Below are positions 10,537 to 20,207 of a stretch of 64,000 bases of DNA, one piece after another. How positions within the stretch are numbered: position 1 is the stretch's first letter; every line of letters starts with the position of its first letter. The notes below the pieces were generated by a model. That model was not told where the DNA came from and did not search any database. It worked only from the letters and a program-made list of their open reading frames with translations. Origin of the DNA: an uncultured Roseburia sp. (GTDB lineage: Bacteria; Bacillota; Clostridia; Lachnospirales; Lachnospiraceae); the NCBI GenBank assembly GCA_947038265.1, contig CAMQVP010000001.1, positions 124,968-188,967 of the forward strand, written 5' to 3'. The position numbers and the translations under genes are program-made.

Positions 10537-13500
10537 TTATTTTATTTTTGCTTTTTTACTCATTCCTGAGCTTTTCAACTTCTTCAATAATTTATCCCGC
10601 TTTTTCCCCTTTAAAGATTTTGGAACTTTAACCGTCATCTTTGAAGACGTCTGTCGAAAAGCTTTTTTCTCAACCTTCTGTATTTTAGTCCCTTTAAAAA
10701 TGACATTCTCTAACTTCCTACATTTTGAAAACGCATTTTTGTCTATCCTTGTAACATTTTTTCCTATTACTGCTTTTTTAAGCTTTGAAAATTTCGAAAA
10801 AGCTTCCTTTCCAATCTTTACAACTGTATACTTTTTGCCATTCCAGTCAACCGTTGGCGGTATAACCACTTGTTTCGCTTTTTTATCTAACCCTTTTTCA
10901 AGAAGAACGGTTGACTTCTCTTTATCCAAAATTTGATACTTGAATTTATTCTTGGTAAATGTTGTTTCTTCCGGAATGATAGCTTTCTTCTGGAATTTCG
11001 CTGTCAGCGTAGTATTTCCGGTTACAGTAAAGGTGTAAGAAAGCAGTCCCGACACTTTTTTATTTCCCTGATACCAGCCGGCAAATTCATAGCCTGTATT
11101 TACCTTCGCCGTTACCGTTATCTTGCTTCCTATATCTATAGACTTTGCGCCGCCTACCGCCGTGCCGCCTGCGATTGCATTCACAGTCACCTGAGCTTTC
11201 TTCCTTTTGAATTTCGCTGTCAATACAATGTCTTCCTGAACCGTAAACGTATACGCTGCGCTCTTTGAGACTTGTTTTCCGTTACAATACCAGCCCACAA
11301 ATTCATAACCGGAACTTACCTTCGCCGTCACCGTTGCTTTGCTTCCTATTTTTGCGCTCGGATTACCGCCGATTACCATTCCGCCCTTCTCTGCCGTGAC
11401 TGTAATACTAGCGCTTTCCTTCTCTGCCGGATCGTTTTTAACAAATTTAGCAGTTAAACGAATTGATTTCTCAACGAAAAACGTATACGGATTCTCATCA
11501 GAAATCTTTGTCTCCCCTTCATACCAGCCGGCAAATTCATAGCCTTCTTCTGCTGTTGCCGTTACCGTGATTTCACTGCCGACTTCCGCTTCTTCATTCC
11601 CGCCGCTTGCCGTTCCGCCTTCTTCCGCAACCGCCTGCACCGTGACTGTCTCTCCTGTTGCCTGCTTCTTTCTGAATTTTGCCGTCAGCGTGACTGCCTT
11701 TTCTACCGTAAACGTATATACCGCTTCCGTTGACTTTTTCTCGCTTCCTTCATACCAGCCGACAAACTCATAGCCCTTATCCGCTGTTGCCGTTACCGTG
11801 ATTTCACTGCCGACTGCCGCTTCTTTCCCGCCGCTTGCCGTTCCGCCTTCTTCCGCAACCGCCTGCACCGTGACTGTCTCTCCTGTTGCCTGCTTCTTTC
11901 TGAATTTTGCCGTCAGCGTGACTGCCTTTTCTACCGTAAACGTATATACCGCTTCCGTTGACTTTTTCTCGCTTCCTTCATACCAGCCGACAAACTCATA
12001 GCCCTTATCCGCTGTTGCCGTTACCGTGATTTCACTGCCGACTGCCGCTTCTTTCCCGCCGCTTGCCGTTCCGCCTTCTTCCGCAACTGCCTGCACCGTG
12101 ACTGTTTCTCCCGCTGTCTGCTTCCGTTTAAATTTTGCCGTCAGCGTGACTGATTTTTCTACTGTAAACGTATATACCGCTTCCGTTGACTTTTTCTCGC
12201 TTCCTTCATACCAGCCAGTAAATTCATATCCCTCATTCGCTGTTGCCGTCACTGTGATTTCACTGCCGGCTTCCGCTTCTTCATTTCCGCCGCTTGCCAC
12301 GCCGCCCGTCTGCGCTTCTACCTTGACCGCAAACTTCTTCTTTTCAAACCTTGCAGTTAATGTAATTGAGGATTCCACCGTAAACGTATACGGGTTCTCT
12401 GTAGATACCCGCTGTTCTCCCTGATACCACCCTGCAAACTGATAGCCCGCGTTTGCTCTCGCCGTCACTGTGATCTGGCTTCCTATCGCCGCCGACTGTG
12501 ACTCGCCTGCCGTTCCGCCTTCTCCGGCTTCAACCGTAACTTGCGTCGGCCGGTCGAATCTGGCTTCTAAAGTGATTCCGCCTGCTGGAACACGGAATGT
12601 ATATTCTTCTTCAGAAGAAATCAAACTTCCCCCTGCAAACCAGCCGACAAAAAGGTACCCTGTATCGGGAACCGCCTGTACAGTTACCATCTCTCCCGGA
12701 GCCACGTTTGTCTGTCCGCCTGTCACTGTTCCATTTTCACCTGCCGTTACAATGACGTCTGCCTTCCTAGCAGGAATTTTAAAACTGTAAACAGAGTGCG
12801 GCAAAAGCGTATAAGTAAGATGATCGCCGCTTCCCGTTACCGTCGTCTTATCGACTGTAACCTTATCCGGTTCACTCAAAGTATTCATATCCGTCACTTC
12901 TTCCGATGACAGCGACCATATTTCTATCTCTTTTCCTGTGAAATCCGTGTTATCGACTGTAATATCCACAGTTGACGCGCTCTCACTCTTATTATTGACT
13001 GCCATCACATAGGCATTTCCATATTCATCTTTCGTCGAATAAACATTCACGTTGCTGACTGCATTATTCCCACTGCCTGTAAATACCCCATTTCCTGTAA
13101 TTGTCTGGTTCACTTCCACGCTTCCCGTCATATTGTTAAAAATGGAAAACAAACGCGCCGACGGAGTGGACACATACTGATAGCCATTGTCCGTCTGATG
13201 GGACTGGATTACGCACTGCTGCCATGCCCCTAAATTATCGCTTGCGCCTGTCGTATCCACAAGACAATGTTTATTCTGGTAAGCTGCGCCGGAATTTACA
13301 CAATCTATCATATGGTTTGCAATATAAATTGCATGGCCTAAAGAAGTCTGGTAATTACTGGCGGGGCTGACGCTTAAAATTCCAAATTCAGAAACCGCGA
13401 CTTTCTTACTGTCATCTTGTGTAAGCGACAGCATTTTATTTCTATAAGTTGCAATGTTATTAGAAAAACCTTTCGCTCTCACCAAAGAATCTTCATAGCT

Positions 13501-16500
13501 GGTTACGCCATTGCTGTATGGATGGATAATTACGCCGTCATATTTTGCATCATATCCTTTTTCGTGCATTTTATCAATAAATTCATTCTGCCGCCCATCA
13601 AAAATGCCGGAATAAATTTCAATTTCCGAACCAATTTCATCTGCAACCGCTTTCATCGCCTCATAATAGTCTACAAACCCAGACTGATCCGTTTTGTAGT
13701 TACAAGTAATCTGCGTCCCAGACGATGGAATCGCGCCATTGACCCCGTCGCCAAAGGCAATCTTCCCCGTTTCATAATCAAATGTACACACATTTGCCGC
13801 GCCTTGTCCTTCCAAAGAATCTACGATCTCCCACTTTGTCCCTCCAACAAACACTTCCGCTGTGTCTTCCACAACTGGGAGATAATAAACATACCGCTCC
13901 TCATTTGCCTTCCCATCACTCAAGGAAGCAGAAGCTCTCCAATCGCCTTTTTTCGCCACCCTGTTGTTCGTCTGATAGTAACTCGTCTGCCCCGATATCG
14001 TCATACGGTCGCCTTCAATATACAGATCCGTCACTCCCCTGTTATGTTCGCTAAGTCCAGCCATCCAGTAATTTTGCCCGGTATCGCTAAATTCATTTCC
14101 AAGCTCAAAACGGATCACCCCATAGGGTTCTTCATGCCCATTTTCCGCGCGCGCTGCCGCCCAATCAACGCCTCCGTTTGGATTGCTGCCATCATTTGGC
14201 GCATTCAGATACTCCACCAAATCTGCCGCATCCTGTGGGTTGCCGCGTCCAAAACCATAAACAAAAATCGCTTCCGAATCCAAATCATCGTAAATCCACT
14301 TCATCGCCTCATCTACGCCAAATGCCGGATCAACGGGCGTTTCCCCAGCAGCAGAATAAAAATTATTCCCTGCAATCGTCGTTGTTCTCTGTTCTTTCGG
14401 CCCAATCGTATCTTTCCATGTAAACAAATTTGACACTGTGCCGCCCGGATAACGGACTGAACCAAAATCCGCATTTTTTGCAAGTTCATTAAATGCATCA
14501 TATATTTTATCATTGTCTTTATCCCAGCTTCCATAACCGTAATTATGATAACGATGGTTAATCCCAAACATTGCAGATGGGATTTCCCTCAGTTCATCGG
14601 AAGTGTCAACTGCAATGCTCACAGGCGCGCTGGCCTCATACGCGCGGATTGCGGCTAGAAGTTCTTCCTTCTTCTCCGTGAGTGCTGTAAGCGTTGCCGC
14701 TTCATTTGACAATAACGCCTCCGTCTCTCCAATGACACGATCCAATTCTGTCTGAGCCGCCGCTGTCCCTCCGGTCAATGCCCGCGCATCAGCAATCAGA
14801 TCCCGCAATTCCCTTTTCACATTTTCCGTTTCAATCAGATCGCCATGTACATCATAAATTGTTTTCACTTCCGCCGCGCTTAATGTCCTGTTATAATAGC
14901 GAATTTCATCCATTACGCCTTTAATTGCCGGACTGTCTGCATTCTGCCTATGCGCGCCCACGCGGATATTTCCAGTGCCATCAATTAAAGCCGCGCCAAG
15001 CGCTGAATTATTCTCATTTTCCAACACGCCATTGACATATATTTTGGCTGTTCTTCCTTCACCCGCTGCATCGACTGCAATCATTACATGATGCCATTTC
15101 CCACTCTCAATGTTTGCCTCGGCATACTGATTGCTTGCCGCCAGATAGGTGCCATACCGCATTCCGCTTTCCCCATTATTTTTAATCGTCAGAATTGCCC
15201 TGCCTGCGCTCGCGCCATCTTGATGGAATACACTAATATCAGACAGTCCGCTTGCTTCCATATCGTCATATTTAATCCATGCCCCTATAGTAAATGGATT
15301 TGAGCTTGCAATCAGCTTATATTGCTCAGTCAGGTTCAATGTCAGATAAGATGCATTATTCCCGCTGAATGAGGCGCTGCCACCGGAAACTCCCGATCCT
15401 TCCTGAACCGTAACGCCATTGCCTGTCTTTAAAGCTGCAATGCCTGCCACAGACCCTTTGCTTGCCAAACGATCCGTTTCCGTATCTCCCTCAAACGTCC
15501 AATATCCCACTAAGCCATTCGAAACAACAGTATCCGGCTCGTTTCCTGCCTGCTGGTAATTTTCAATCGCCGCTGTCAAATCATTTTTCGCCGTTTGCAG
15601 CGCCGTTTTAAATGCTTCCGTTTCCGCTTGCCCTTCCCCAAGCAGCGCTTCTGCCGCCTCTTTTGCCGCCGTTAAATTCGCCACTGATTCCGAATCGCCC
15701 CCAGAGAGCGCTTCCGCTTGCGTCAAAAGAGTCCGCAAGTCCTCTTTAAGCGTATTTATTTCCAGCTTAATCCCGCCATCTCTGTAAATGGCTTCCACCG
15801 TATCGGCAGCCACAGCCGTGTCATAATAACGGATTTCATCCATAAGCCCGTCTACTGCCGAGCTTTGCGTCGCCCTATGATAGCCAACGCGGATATTTCC
15901 TCCGCGGGTTCCGTTTCCATATATTACATTTCCAGTAATCGTTTCTTCCCCTGCCAAAACTCCATTTACATAAAACCGCGCCTTTTTCTCAGTGTCCGTC
16001 TTATCAAACACAAACATAACATGATGCCATTGATTCCCCGCTATTTCCTGAGAGCTGTATTTAAGCTGTCCGCCCAAAAACGTATTGTACACATTTTTAC
16101 TATTATTCGGCGATATCGATAAAATCGGCTGTCCCGCGCTGTCTCCATCTAAATGAAACACACTTGTCGGCGTTTCATTTGTATATGAAATAGAACGGTA
16201 CTTTATCCAAGCCCCAATCGAAAAACTGCCTGTCGCCTCCGTCAGCCCAACATTCGCATCTTTCAATTTTAATGTTAGACATTTATTCGCTGTTCCTGCA
16301 AAATCCGCAGCGCCTCCCGATATGCCGCCATCCTCCGACAAACTAACCCCAGTATCCGTTTTTTCCGCAACAAGATTTTCCGTGACACTGCTTGCAAGCC
16401 ACGCATCATCTTGACTTCCCCCATCAAACGTCCAATGCCCTACAAGACCATCTGATAAGTCCACTACACTTTCCCGGTTCCCATCGCCTGTATCCTCAGC

Positions 16501-16590
16501 CGCAAGCAAAGACGCCGGAGCCTCCCCGATTGCCAAACCAAAAGACACCGCCAAAGCCAATGCGTTTCGTAATAATTTTCGTACACCCAT
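10537..16590 (-). CDS. Giant secreted multimodular surface glycoside hydrolase: signal peptide, 2x LamG (Laminin_G_3), GH51-like clan GH-A catalytic domain, ~10 Listeria-Bacteroides repeats, BspA-type LRR, Lys-rich C-terminal tail
   Basis: The protein is 2017 aa with an N-terminal signal MGVRKLLRNALALAVSFGLAIGEA.
- LamG hallmark: MDEIRYYDTAVAADTVEAIY and MDEIRYYNRTLSAAEVKTIY.
- Catalytic region: VRYPGGTVSNLFTWKDTIGPKEQR plus RFELGNEFSD, matching the GH51 RYPGGNF...GP and clan-A 'NE' acid/base motifs.
- Repeats: GYEFVGWY...YTFTV...TLTAKF units of ~76 aa.
- C-terminal LRR: KIGKEAFSKFSKLKKAVIGKNVTRIDKNAF. Confidence 0.7.
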   Translation of the reverse strand: MGVRKLLRNALALAVSFGLAIGEAPASLLAAEDTGDGNRESVVDLSDGLVGHWTFDGGSQDDAWLASSVTENLVAEKTDTGVSLSEDGGISGGAADFAGTANKCLTLKLKDANVGLTEATGSFSIGAWIKYRSISYTNETPTSVFHLDGDSAGQPILSISPNNSKNVYNTFLGGQLKYSSQEIAGNQWHHVMFVFDKTDTEKKARFYVNGVLAGEETITGNVIYGNGTRGGNIRVGYHRATQSSAVDGLMDEIRYYDTAVAADTVEAIYRDGGIKLEINTLKEDLRTLLTQAEALSGGDSESVANLTAAKEAAEALLGEGQAETEAFKTALQTAKNDLTAAIENYQQAGNEPDTVVSNGLVGYWTFEGDTETDRLASKGSVAGIAALKTGNGVTVQEGSGVSGGSASFSGNNASYLTLNLTEQYKLIASSNPFTIGAWIKYDDMEASGLSDISVFHQDGASAGRAILTIKNNGESGMRYGTYLAASNQYAEANIESGKWHHVMIAVDAAGEGRTAKIYVNGVLENENNSALGAALIDGTGNIRVGAHRQNADSPAIKGVMDEIRYYNRTLSAAEVKTIYDVHGDLIETENVKRELRDLIADARALTGGTAAAQTELDRVIGETEALLSNEAATLTALTEKKEELLAAIRAYEASAPVSIAVDTSDELREIPSAMFGINHRYHNYGYGSWDKDNDKIYDAFNELAKNADFGSVRYPGGTVSNLFTWKDTIGPKEQRTTTIAGNNFYSAAGETPVDPAFGVDEAMKWIYDDLDSEAIFVYGFGRGNPQDAADLVEYLNAPNDGSNPNGGVDWAAARAENGHEEPYGVIRFELGNEFSDTGQNYWMAGLSEHNRGVTDLYIEGDRMTISGQTSYYQTNNRVAKKGDWRASASLSDGKANEERYVYYLPVVEDTAEVFVGGTKWEIVDSLEGQGAANVCTFDYETGKIAFGDGVNGAIPSSGTQITCNYKTDQSGFVDYYEAMKAVADEIGSEIEIYSGIFDGRQNEFIDKMHEKGYDAKYDGVIIHPYSNGVTSYEDSLVRAKGFSNNIATYRNKMLSLTQDDSKKVAVSEFGILSVSPASNYQTSLGHAIYIANHMIDCVNSGAAYQNKHCLVDTTGASDNLGAWQQCVIQSHQTDNGYQYVSTPSARLFSIFNNMTGSVEVNQTITGNGVFTGSGNNAVSNVNVYSTKDEYGNAYVMAVNNKSESASTVDITVDNTDFTGKEIEIWSLSSEEVTDMNTLSEPDKVTVDKTTVTGSGDHLTYTLLPHSVYSFKIPARKADVIVTAGENGTVTGGQTNVAPGEMVTVQAVPDTGYLFVGWFAGGSLISSEEEYTFRVPAGGITLEARFDRPTQVTVEAGEGGTAGESQSAAIGSQITVTARANAGYQFAGWYQGEQRVSTENPYTFTVESSITLTARFEKKKFAVKVEAQTGGVASGGNEEAEAGSEITVTATANEGYEFTGWYEGSEKKSTEAVYTFTVEKSVTLTAKFKRKQTAGETVTVQAVAEEGGTASGGKEAAVGSEITVTATADKGYEFVGWYEGSEKKSTEAVYTFTVEKAVTLTAKFRKKQATGETVTVQAVAEEGGTASGGKEAAVGSEITVTATADKGYEFVGWYEGSEKKSTEAVYTFTVEKAVTLTAKFRKKQATGETVTVQAVAEEGGTASGGNEEAEVGSEITVTATAEEGYEFAGWYEGETKISDENPYTFFVEKSIRLTAKFVKNDPAEKESASITVTAEKGGMVIGGNPSAKIGSKATVTAKVSSGYEFVGWYCNGKQVSKSAAYTFTVQEDIVLTAKFKRKKAQVTVNAIAGGTAVGGAKSIDIGSKITVTAKVNTGYEFAGWYQGNKKVSGLLSYTFTVTGNTTLTAKFQKKAIIPEETTFTKNKFKYQILDKEKSTVLLEKGLDKKAKQVVIPPTVDWNGKKYTVVKIGKEAFSKFSKLKKAVIGKNVTRIDKNAFSKCRKLENVIFKGTKIQKVEKKAFRQTSSKMTVKVPKSLKGKKRDKLLKKLKSSGMSKKAKIK
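11540..12250. repeat. Three near-identical ~228-bp tandem DNA repeats (each = one 76-aa Listeria-Bacteroides repeat) inside the giant CDS
   Basis: Antisense ORFs at 11567, 11798 and 12026 translate to almost identical peptides. The only differences are one 3-bp indel and a few substitutions. The coding-strand unit is ATGETVTVQAVAEEGGTASGGKEAAVGSEITVTATADKGYEFVGWYEGSEKKSTEAVYTFTVEKAVTLTAKFRKKQ. Confidence 0.85.
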
Positions 16591-16983
16591 ACAAATTCTC
16601 CTTTCTCAAAAAACTATATCCACGTCAATTTTAACATAAATTCAAGAAAAATAATATATATTTTATACATTTTTTCAATTTACTCTTTTATCAACATATT
16701 TTTTCCCAAAATTCTGTTTAAAAAATGGCGCAAGGCATTCCGCCCTGCGCCATTTACAAAAATTACAACTGTTCTTTACAAGTCGCCTTTCCCGTTCCTT
16801 ATTCCATTTTCCTTTAAAACAGAACACCTGTCTGCCCTTCAGTCTAACAATGAACTCTATTCCTACATTCTTACTAATTTACGCCCTTTCGCATTACTCA
16901 TTTTCATATTCTCCTTTTCAAAAACATAAAAATGCTTCTGCCCATATATAAATAATATCATTTCTATGCGCGTCACTATCCCG

Positions 16984-17619
16984 TCAAAATAACAATGTAT
17001 CTAACACTCGCTCCAACTCCGGCAAACGCATAATACGGGGCGCATCACTTTCTATCGTCCCAAACCCATATGCAGCATGGATAAACTTCGCTCCCGCCTT
17101 TACGCTGGCCTCATAATCTCCCTGAATATCGCCAACGTAAACAGCTTCCTTAAGCCCATTCCGCCGAATGACCCGCTCAATATTAACCGCCTTCCCCTCT
17201 CCGGTATTCCCGAAACATTCAAAATCCCTGAAATATCCCCCAAACCGGTAGAACTCTAAGAACGCTTCAATATACCCCTTTTGGCAATTACTGACAATAA
17301 AAAGCGGATACCGCTTTGCAAGCGTTTTCAACGTCGCTTCCAAATCCGGATACAACACTCCGCCATGTTCCCGAAGGTACTCATTTTCTGCCAAGCCACA
17401 CTTATCCGTCAGCTCCACCGCTTCTTTCAAATCCAACATAGGAAACAGCATTTGGGCAATCTCCGTCATAGTATGTCCCATCACCCGTTTAATATCCTCC
17501 CTTGTAATCCTCCGTAAGCCGCCCGCTTCCTTCTGGATCACTTTATCCCAAGACCGTGCCACATTCTCCGAAGAATCCCATAACGTCCCGTCCATATCGA
17601 AAATAATGCCTTTTTCCAT
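16984..17619 (-). CDS. HAD-superfamily hydrolase (phosphatase, subfamily IA-like)
   Basis: Motif I IIFDMDGTLWDS is followed by later HAD motifs. I trimmed the start to the ATG with AAGGAG, 10 nt after the purD stop. Confidence 0.75.
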   Translation of the reverse strand: MEKGIIFDMDGTLWDSSENVARSWDKVIQKEAGGLRRITREDIKRVMGHTMTEIAQMLFPMLDLKEAVELTDKCGLAENEYLREHGGVLYPDLEATLKTLAKRYPLFIVSNCQKGYIEAFLEFYRFGGYFRDFECFGNTGEGKAVNIERVIRRNGLKEAVYVGDIQGDYEASVKAGAKFIHAAYGFGTIESDAPRIMRLPELERVLDTLLF

Positions 17620-17629
17620 ATCCGCTCCT

Positions 17630-18904
17630 TTACGCCTCGTCAATCGCCTTGCCAATATCATGCCGCATATATTTATTCTCAAACGAAACCCATTCACAAG
17701 CCGCATACGCATTCGCCCTTGCTTCCCTGAGATCCGCCCCCTTCGCCGTAACCCCAAGCACACGGCCGCCATTCGTCACAATCCTGCCTTCTTCATTCCT
17801 CTTAGTCCCAGCATGAAAACAATAATACCCTTCCGCCGAATCAAACTTTTCTTCCCCAAAAATCTCAAATCCCTTATCATACGAAAGTGGATACCCATCT
17901 GACGCCAGCACAACGCAAACCGCCGCATTCTCCTCAAACTCAAGCGTAATTTCATCTAACGTCCCATTCACGCAAGCCTGCATCACTTCCAAAATATCAT
18001 TTTTCATACGGGGCAGAACCACTTGCGCCTCCGGATCGCCAAACCTTGCATTATATTCTAACACCTTCGGCCCATCTTCCGTCAGCATCAGCCCAAAAAA
18101 GATAACCCCCTTATACGCTCTGCCTTCCGCCGCCATCGCATCCACCGTCTTTTGATAAATATGCTCCCGACAAAACGCATCCACTTCCTCCGTATAAAAC
18201 GGACTTGGGGAAAACGTCCCCATACCCCCTGTATTTAATCCCAAATCCCCATCTTTCGCCCTTTTATGATCCTGAGCCGAAGACATAATCCGAATCGTCT
18301 TCCCATCTACAAAAGAGAGTACAGAAACTTCACGTCCCGACATAAACTCCTCAACCACCATATGATTCCCAGCCGAGCCAAACTTCTTGTCCTCCATAAT
18401 CTCCTTCACGCCAGCCCTTGCTTCCTTGAGCGTATTGCAAATCAAAACACCCTTCCCAAGCGCCAGCCCGTCTGCTTTCAGCACAATCGGCATTTTTGCC
18501 GTTTCCAAAAAAGCAAGCGCCTCCGCCGGATCATCAAACGTCTCATACCCCGCCGTCGGAATCCCATATTTTTTCATCAAATCCTTCGAAAACGCCTTCG
18601 ATCCTTCCAAAACCGCCGCATTTTTCCTAGGCCCAAAAATCGCCAGCCCCTCATTCTCAAACACATCCACAATCCCGCCAACCAGCGGATCGTCCATGCC
18701 AACAATCGTAAAATCCACGTCATGCTCCTTCGCAAACGCCGCCAGCTTCTCAAACTCCATCGCCCCAATCGGCACACACTCCGCAACCTTCCCAATCCCC
18801 GCATTACCCGGCGCGCAAAAAATCTTCCCCGCATGACGGCTCTTAGCAACACTCACCGCAATCGCATGTTCTCTCCCGCCGCTTCCAACAATCAAAATAT
18901 TCAT
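17630..18904 (-). CDS. purD: Phosphoribosylamine--glycine ligase
   Basis: The N-terminus MNILIVGSGGREHAIA is followed by an ATP-grasp domain. Length is 424 aa. Confidence 0.92.
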   Translation of the reverse strand: MNILIVGSGGREHAIAVSVAKSRHAGKIFCAPGNAGIGKVAECVPIGAMEFEKLAAFAKEHDVDFTIVGMDDPLVGGIVDVFENEGLAIFGPRKNAAVLEGSKAFSKDLMKKYGIPTAGYETFDDPAEALAFLETAKMPIVLKADGLALGKGVLICNTLKEARAGVKEIMEDKKFGSAGNHMVVEEFMSGREVSVLSFVDGKTIRIMSSAQDHKRAKDGDLGLNTGGMGTFSPSPFYTEEVDAFCREHIYQKTVDAMAAEGRAYKGVIFFGLMLTEDGPKVLEYNARFGDPEAQVVLPRMKNDILEVMQACVNGTLDEITLEFEENAAVCVVLASDGYPLSYDKGFEIFGEEKFDSAEGYYCFHAGTKRNEEGRIVTNGGRVLGVTAKGADLREARANAYAACEWVSFENKYMRHDIGKAIDEA

Positions 18905-19118
18905 AATAAAATTCCTCCATTCCTATTTCAAATCTTTTTATTTTCTACTGAACTTGACTTTACTTCAATCTCAAAATTTATCAATCATGACCCACATAAT
19001 ACGGAACCTAATTCTTTTAAATCCCATCTTCCCCTAAAAAATCAAACCCAAGCATAACCACAAAAAACAGTTCAACATAAAACCCAAAAATTCTTTCCAA
19101 AAACTCACACAAATTCAA

Positions 19119-19400
19119 AAACTCCCGTTCCTCTCAAAAACATCCTCTCTCTTATCAAAAACTCTCCCATTACACAAAAAAATCCTCTCTTTAATTTTAA
19201 AAAAACTTAAGACTTCCGTCACTCAAATAAATCTTCTCTCTTATTTAATAAACTCCTGTTACACAAATAACTTCGCATAAATCAAAAATCACCCCATCAC
19301 TCAAATAATCCTCTCTCTTATCAAATAAAATTCTGCTACACAAATAAATCTTCACACAAACCTCTTATCAAATAAACTCCCATCACTCAAAAATCCAAAA
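19119..19400. repeat. Degenerate ~80-bp tandem repeat (3-4 copies), C/A-rich on the plus strand, in the purN-purD intergenic gap
   Basis: Motifs of the form ccatcactcaaataatcctctctcttatcaaataaa followed by ctacacaaataa recur at ~19150, ~19230, ~19310 and ~19365. Copies are only ~70-80% identical. Confidence 0.6.
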
Positions 19401-19425
19401 ACTCCCGTCCCCCAAAATGCAGTTA

Positions 19426-19555
19426 CGCAGTAGATATAATTTGACGCAGGGATTTTTAATGCCGCCGGCTCTTAGACGCCGTCCTTTGGCGTCTTAGCGC
19501 CGCTGCGAGCATTAACAAGCGAAAGCGCTCCCTGCGTCAAATTATATCTACTGCG
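19426..19555. repeat. Perfect 27-bp inverted repeat flanking a 76-nt structured spacer (130-bp element)
   Basis: The left arm cgcagtagatataatttgacgcaggga (19426-19452) is the exact reverse complement of the right arm (19529-19555). The spacer contains a nested gacgcc/ggcgtc hairpin. Confidence 0.8.
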
Positions 19556-19577
19556 AAACGGTCGTTTTTCGTATACC

Positions 19578-20207
19578 TCACTCCCCCTCCCGAACCACTC
19601 TCCCATCTTTCACACAAACATATCCCCGCGCAATCAAATCAATTGCCTCCGGCAGAATCTTCCACTCCGCCTCCTCCATCACTCGGCGCTGTAATGTCTT
19701 TGGCGTATCGCCCTCTTTCACTTCGACCGCCCTTTGCAGAATAATCGGGCCCGTATCCGTTCCTTCGTCAACAAAATGCACCGTAGCCCCTGTAACTTTC
19801 ACTCCGCGTTTCAGCGCTTCCTTATGCACATTCAGTCCATAAAACCCCTTCCCGCAAAACGACGGGATCAAAGACGGGTGGATATTAATGATCCGGTTTC
19901 GGTACTCCGCAATCATCTCAGGCGATATCACCACTAAAAACCCTGCCAACACAACCAAATCCACCCGATACCCGTTCAATTTGTCTAAAAAGGCCCGGTT
20001 AAACGCTTCCCTGCTTTCAAACTCCTTTGGAGAAATGCAAACTGCCGCAATTTTTGCTTTCGCCGCGCGCTCCAAGGCAAAAGCATTTTGATTATTGCTG
20101 ATTACAACCGATATTTCCACATCTGCGAGCGTTTTGGCCGCCACTGCATCGATAATCGCCTGTAGGTTCGTTCCCCCTCCGGATGCCAAAACCGCAATCT
20201 TTAACAT
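19578..20207 (-). CDS. purN: Phosphoribosylglycinamide formyltransferase
   Basis: The motif [21 protein letters not shown] is followed by a formyl-transferase fold. Length is 209 aa. Confidence 0.9.
   Translation of the reverse strand: MLKIAVLASGGGTNLQAIIDAVAAKTLADVEISVVISNNQNAFALERAAKAKIAAVCISPKEFESREAFNRAFLDKLNGYRVDLVVLAGFLVVISPEMIAEYRNRIINIHPSLIPSFCGKGFYGLNVHKEALKRGVKVTGATVHFVDEGTDTGPIILQRAVEVKEGDTPKTLQRRVMEEAEWKILPEAIDLIARGYVCVKDGRVVREGE

Noticed and set aside
13417-14433. 338-aa plus-strand ORF, and many 60-130-aa plus-strand ORFs between 10502 and 16634
   Set aside because: They are antisense to the continuous 2017-aa minus-strand gene. They have Cys/Arg-rich low-complexity translations and no RBS support, so they are spurious.
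18266-19057. 263-aa and 149-aa plus-strand ORFs rich in R/N/P/H
   Set aside because: They are antisense to purD and continue into the C/A-rich repeat tract. Their composition is driven by DNA bias, not coding.
19119-19400. Possible degenerate CRISPR array (conserved ~36-bp core with ~45-bp variable spacing)
   Set aside because: Repeat copies are only ~70-80% identical to each other, whereas functional CRISPR repeats are near-identical. No cas genes lie anywhere in the window. The strong strand compositional bias fits low-complexity DNA better.
19435-19446. TATAAT and TTGACG hexamers inside the inverted-repeat arm as a promoter
   Set aside because: The -10-like hexamer precedes the -35-like hexamer on both strands, because the arms are palindromic. 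The wrong order and spacing rule out a sigma-A promoter.
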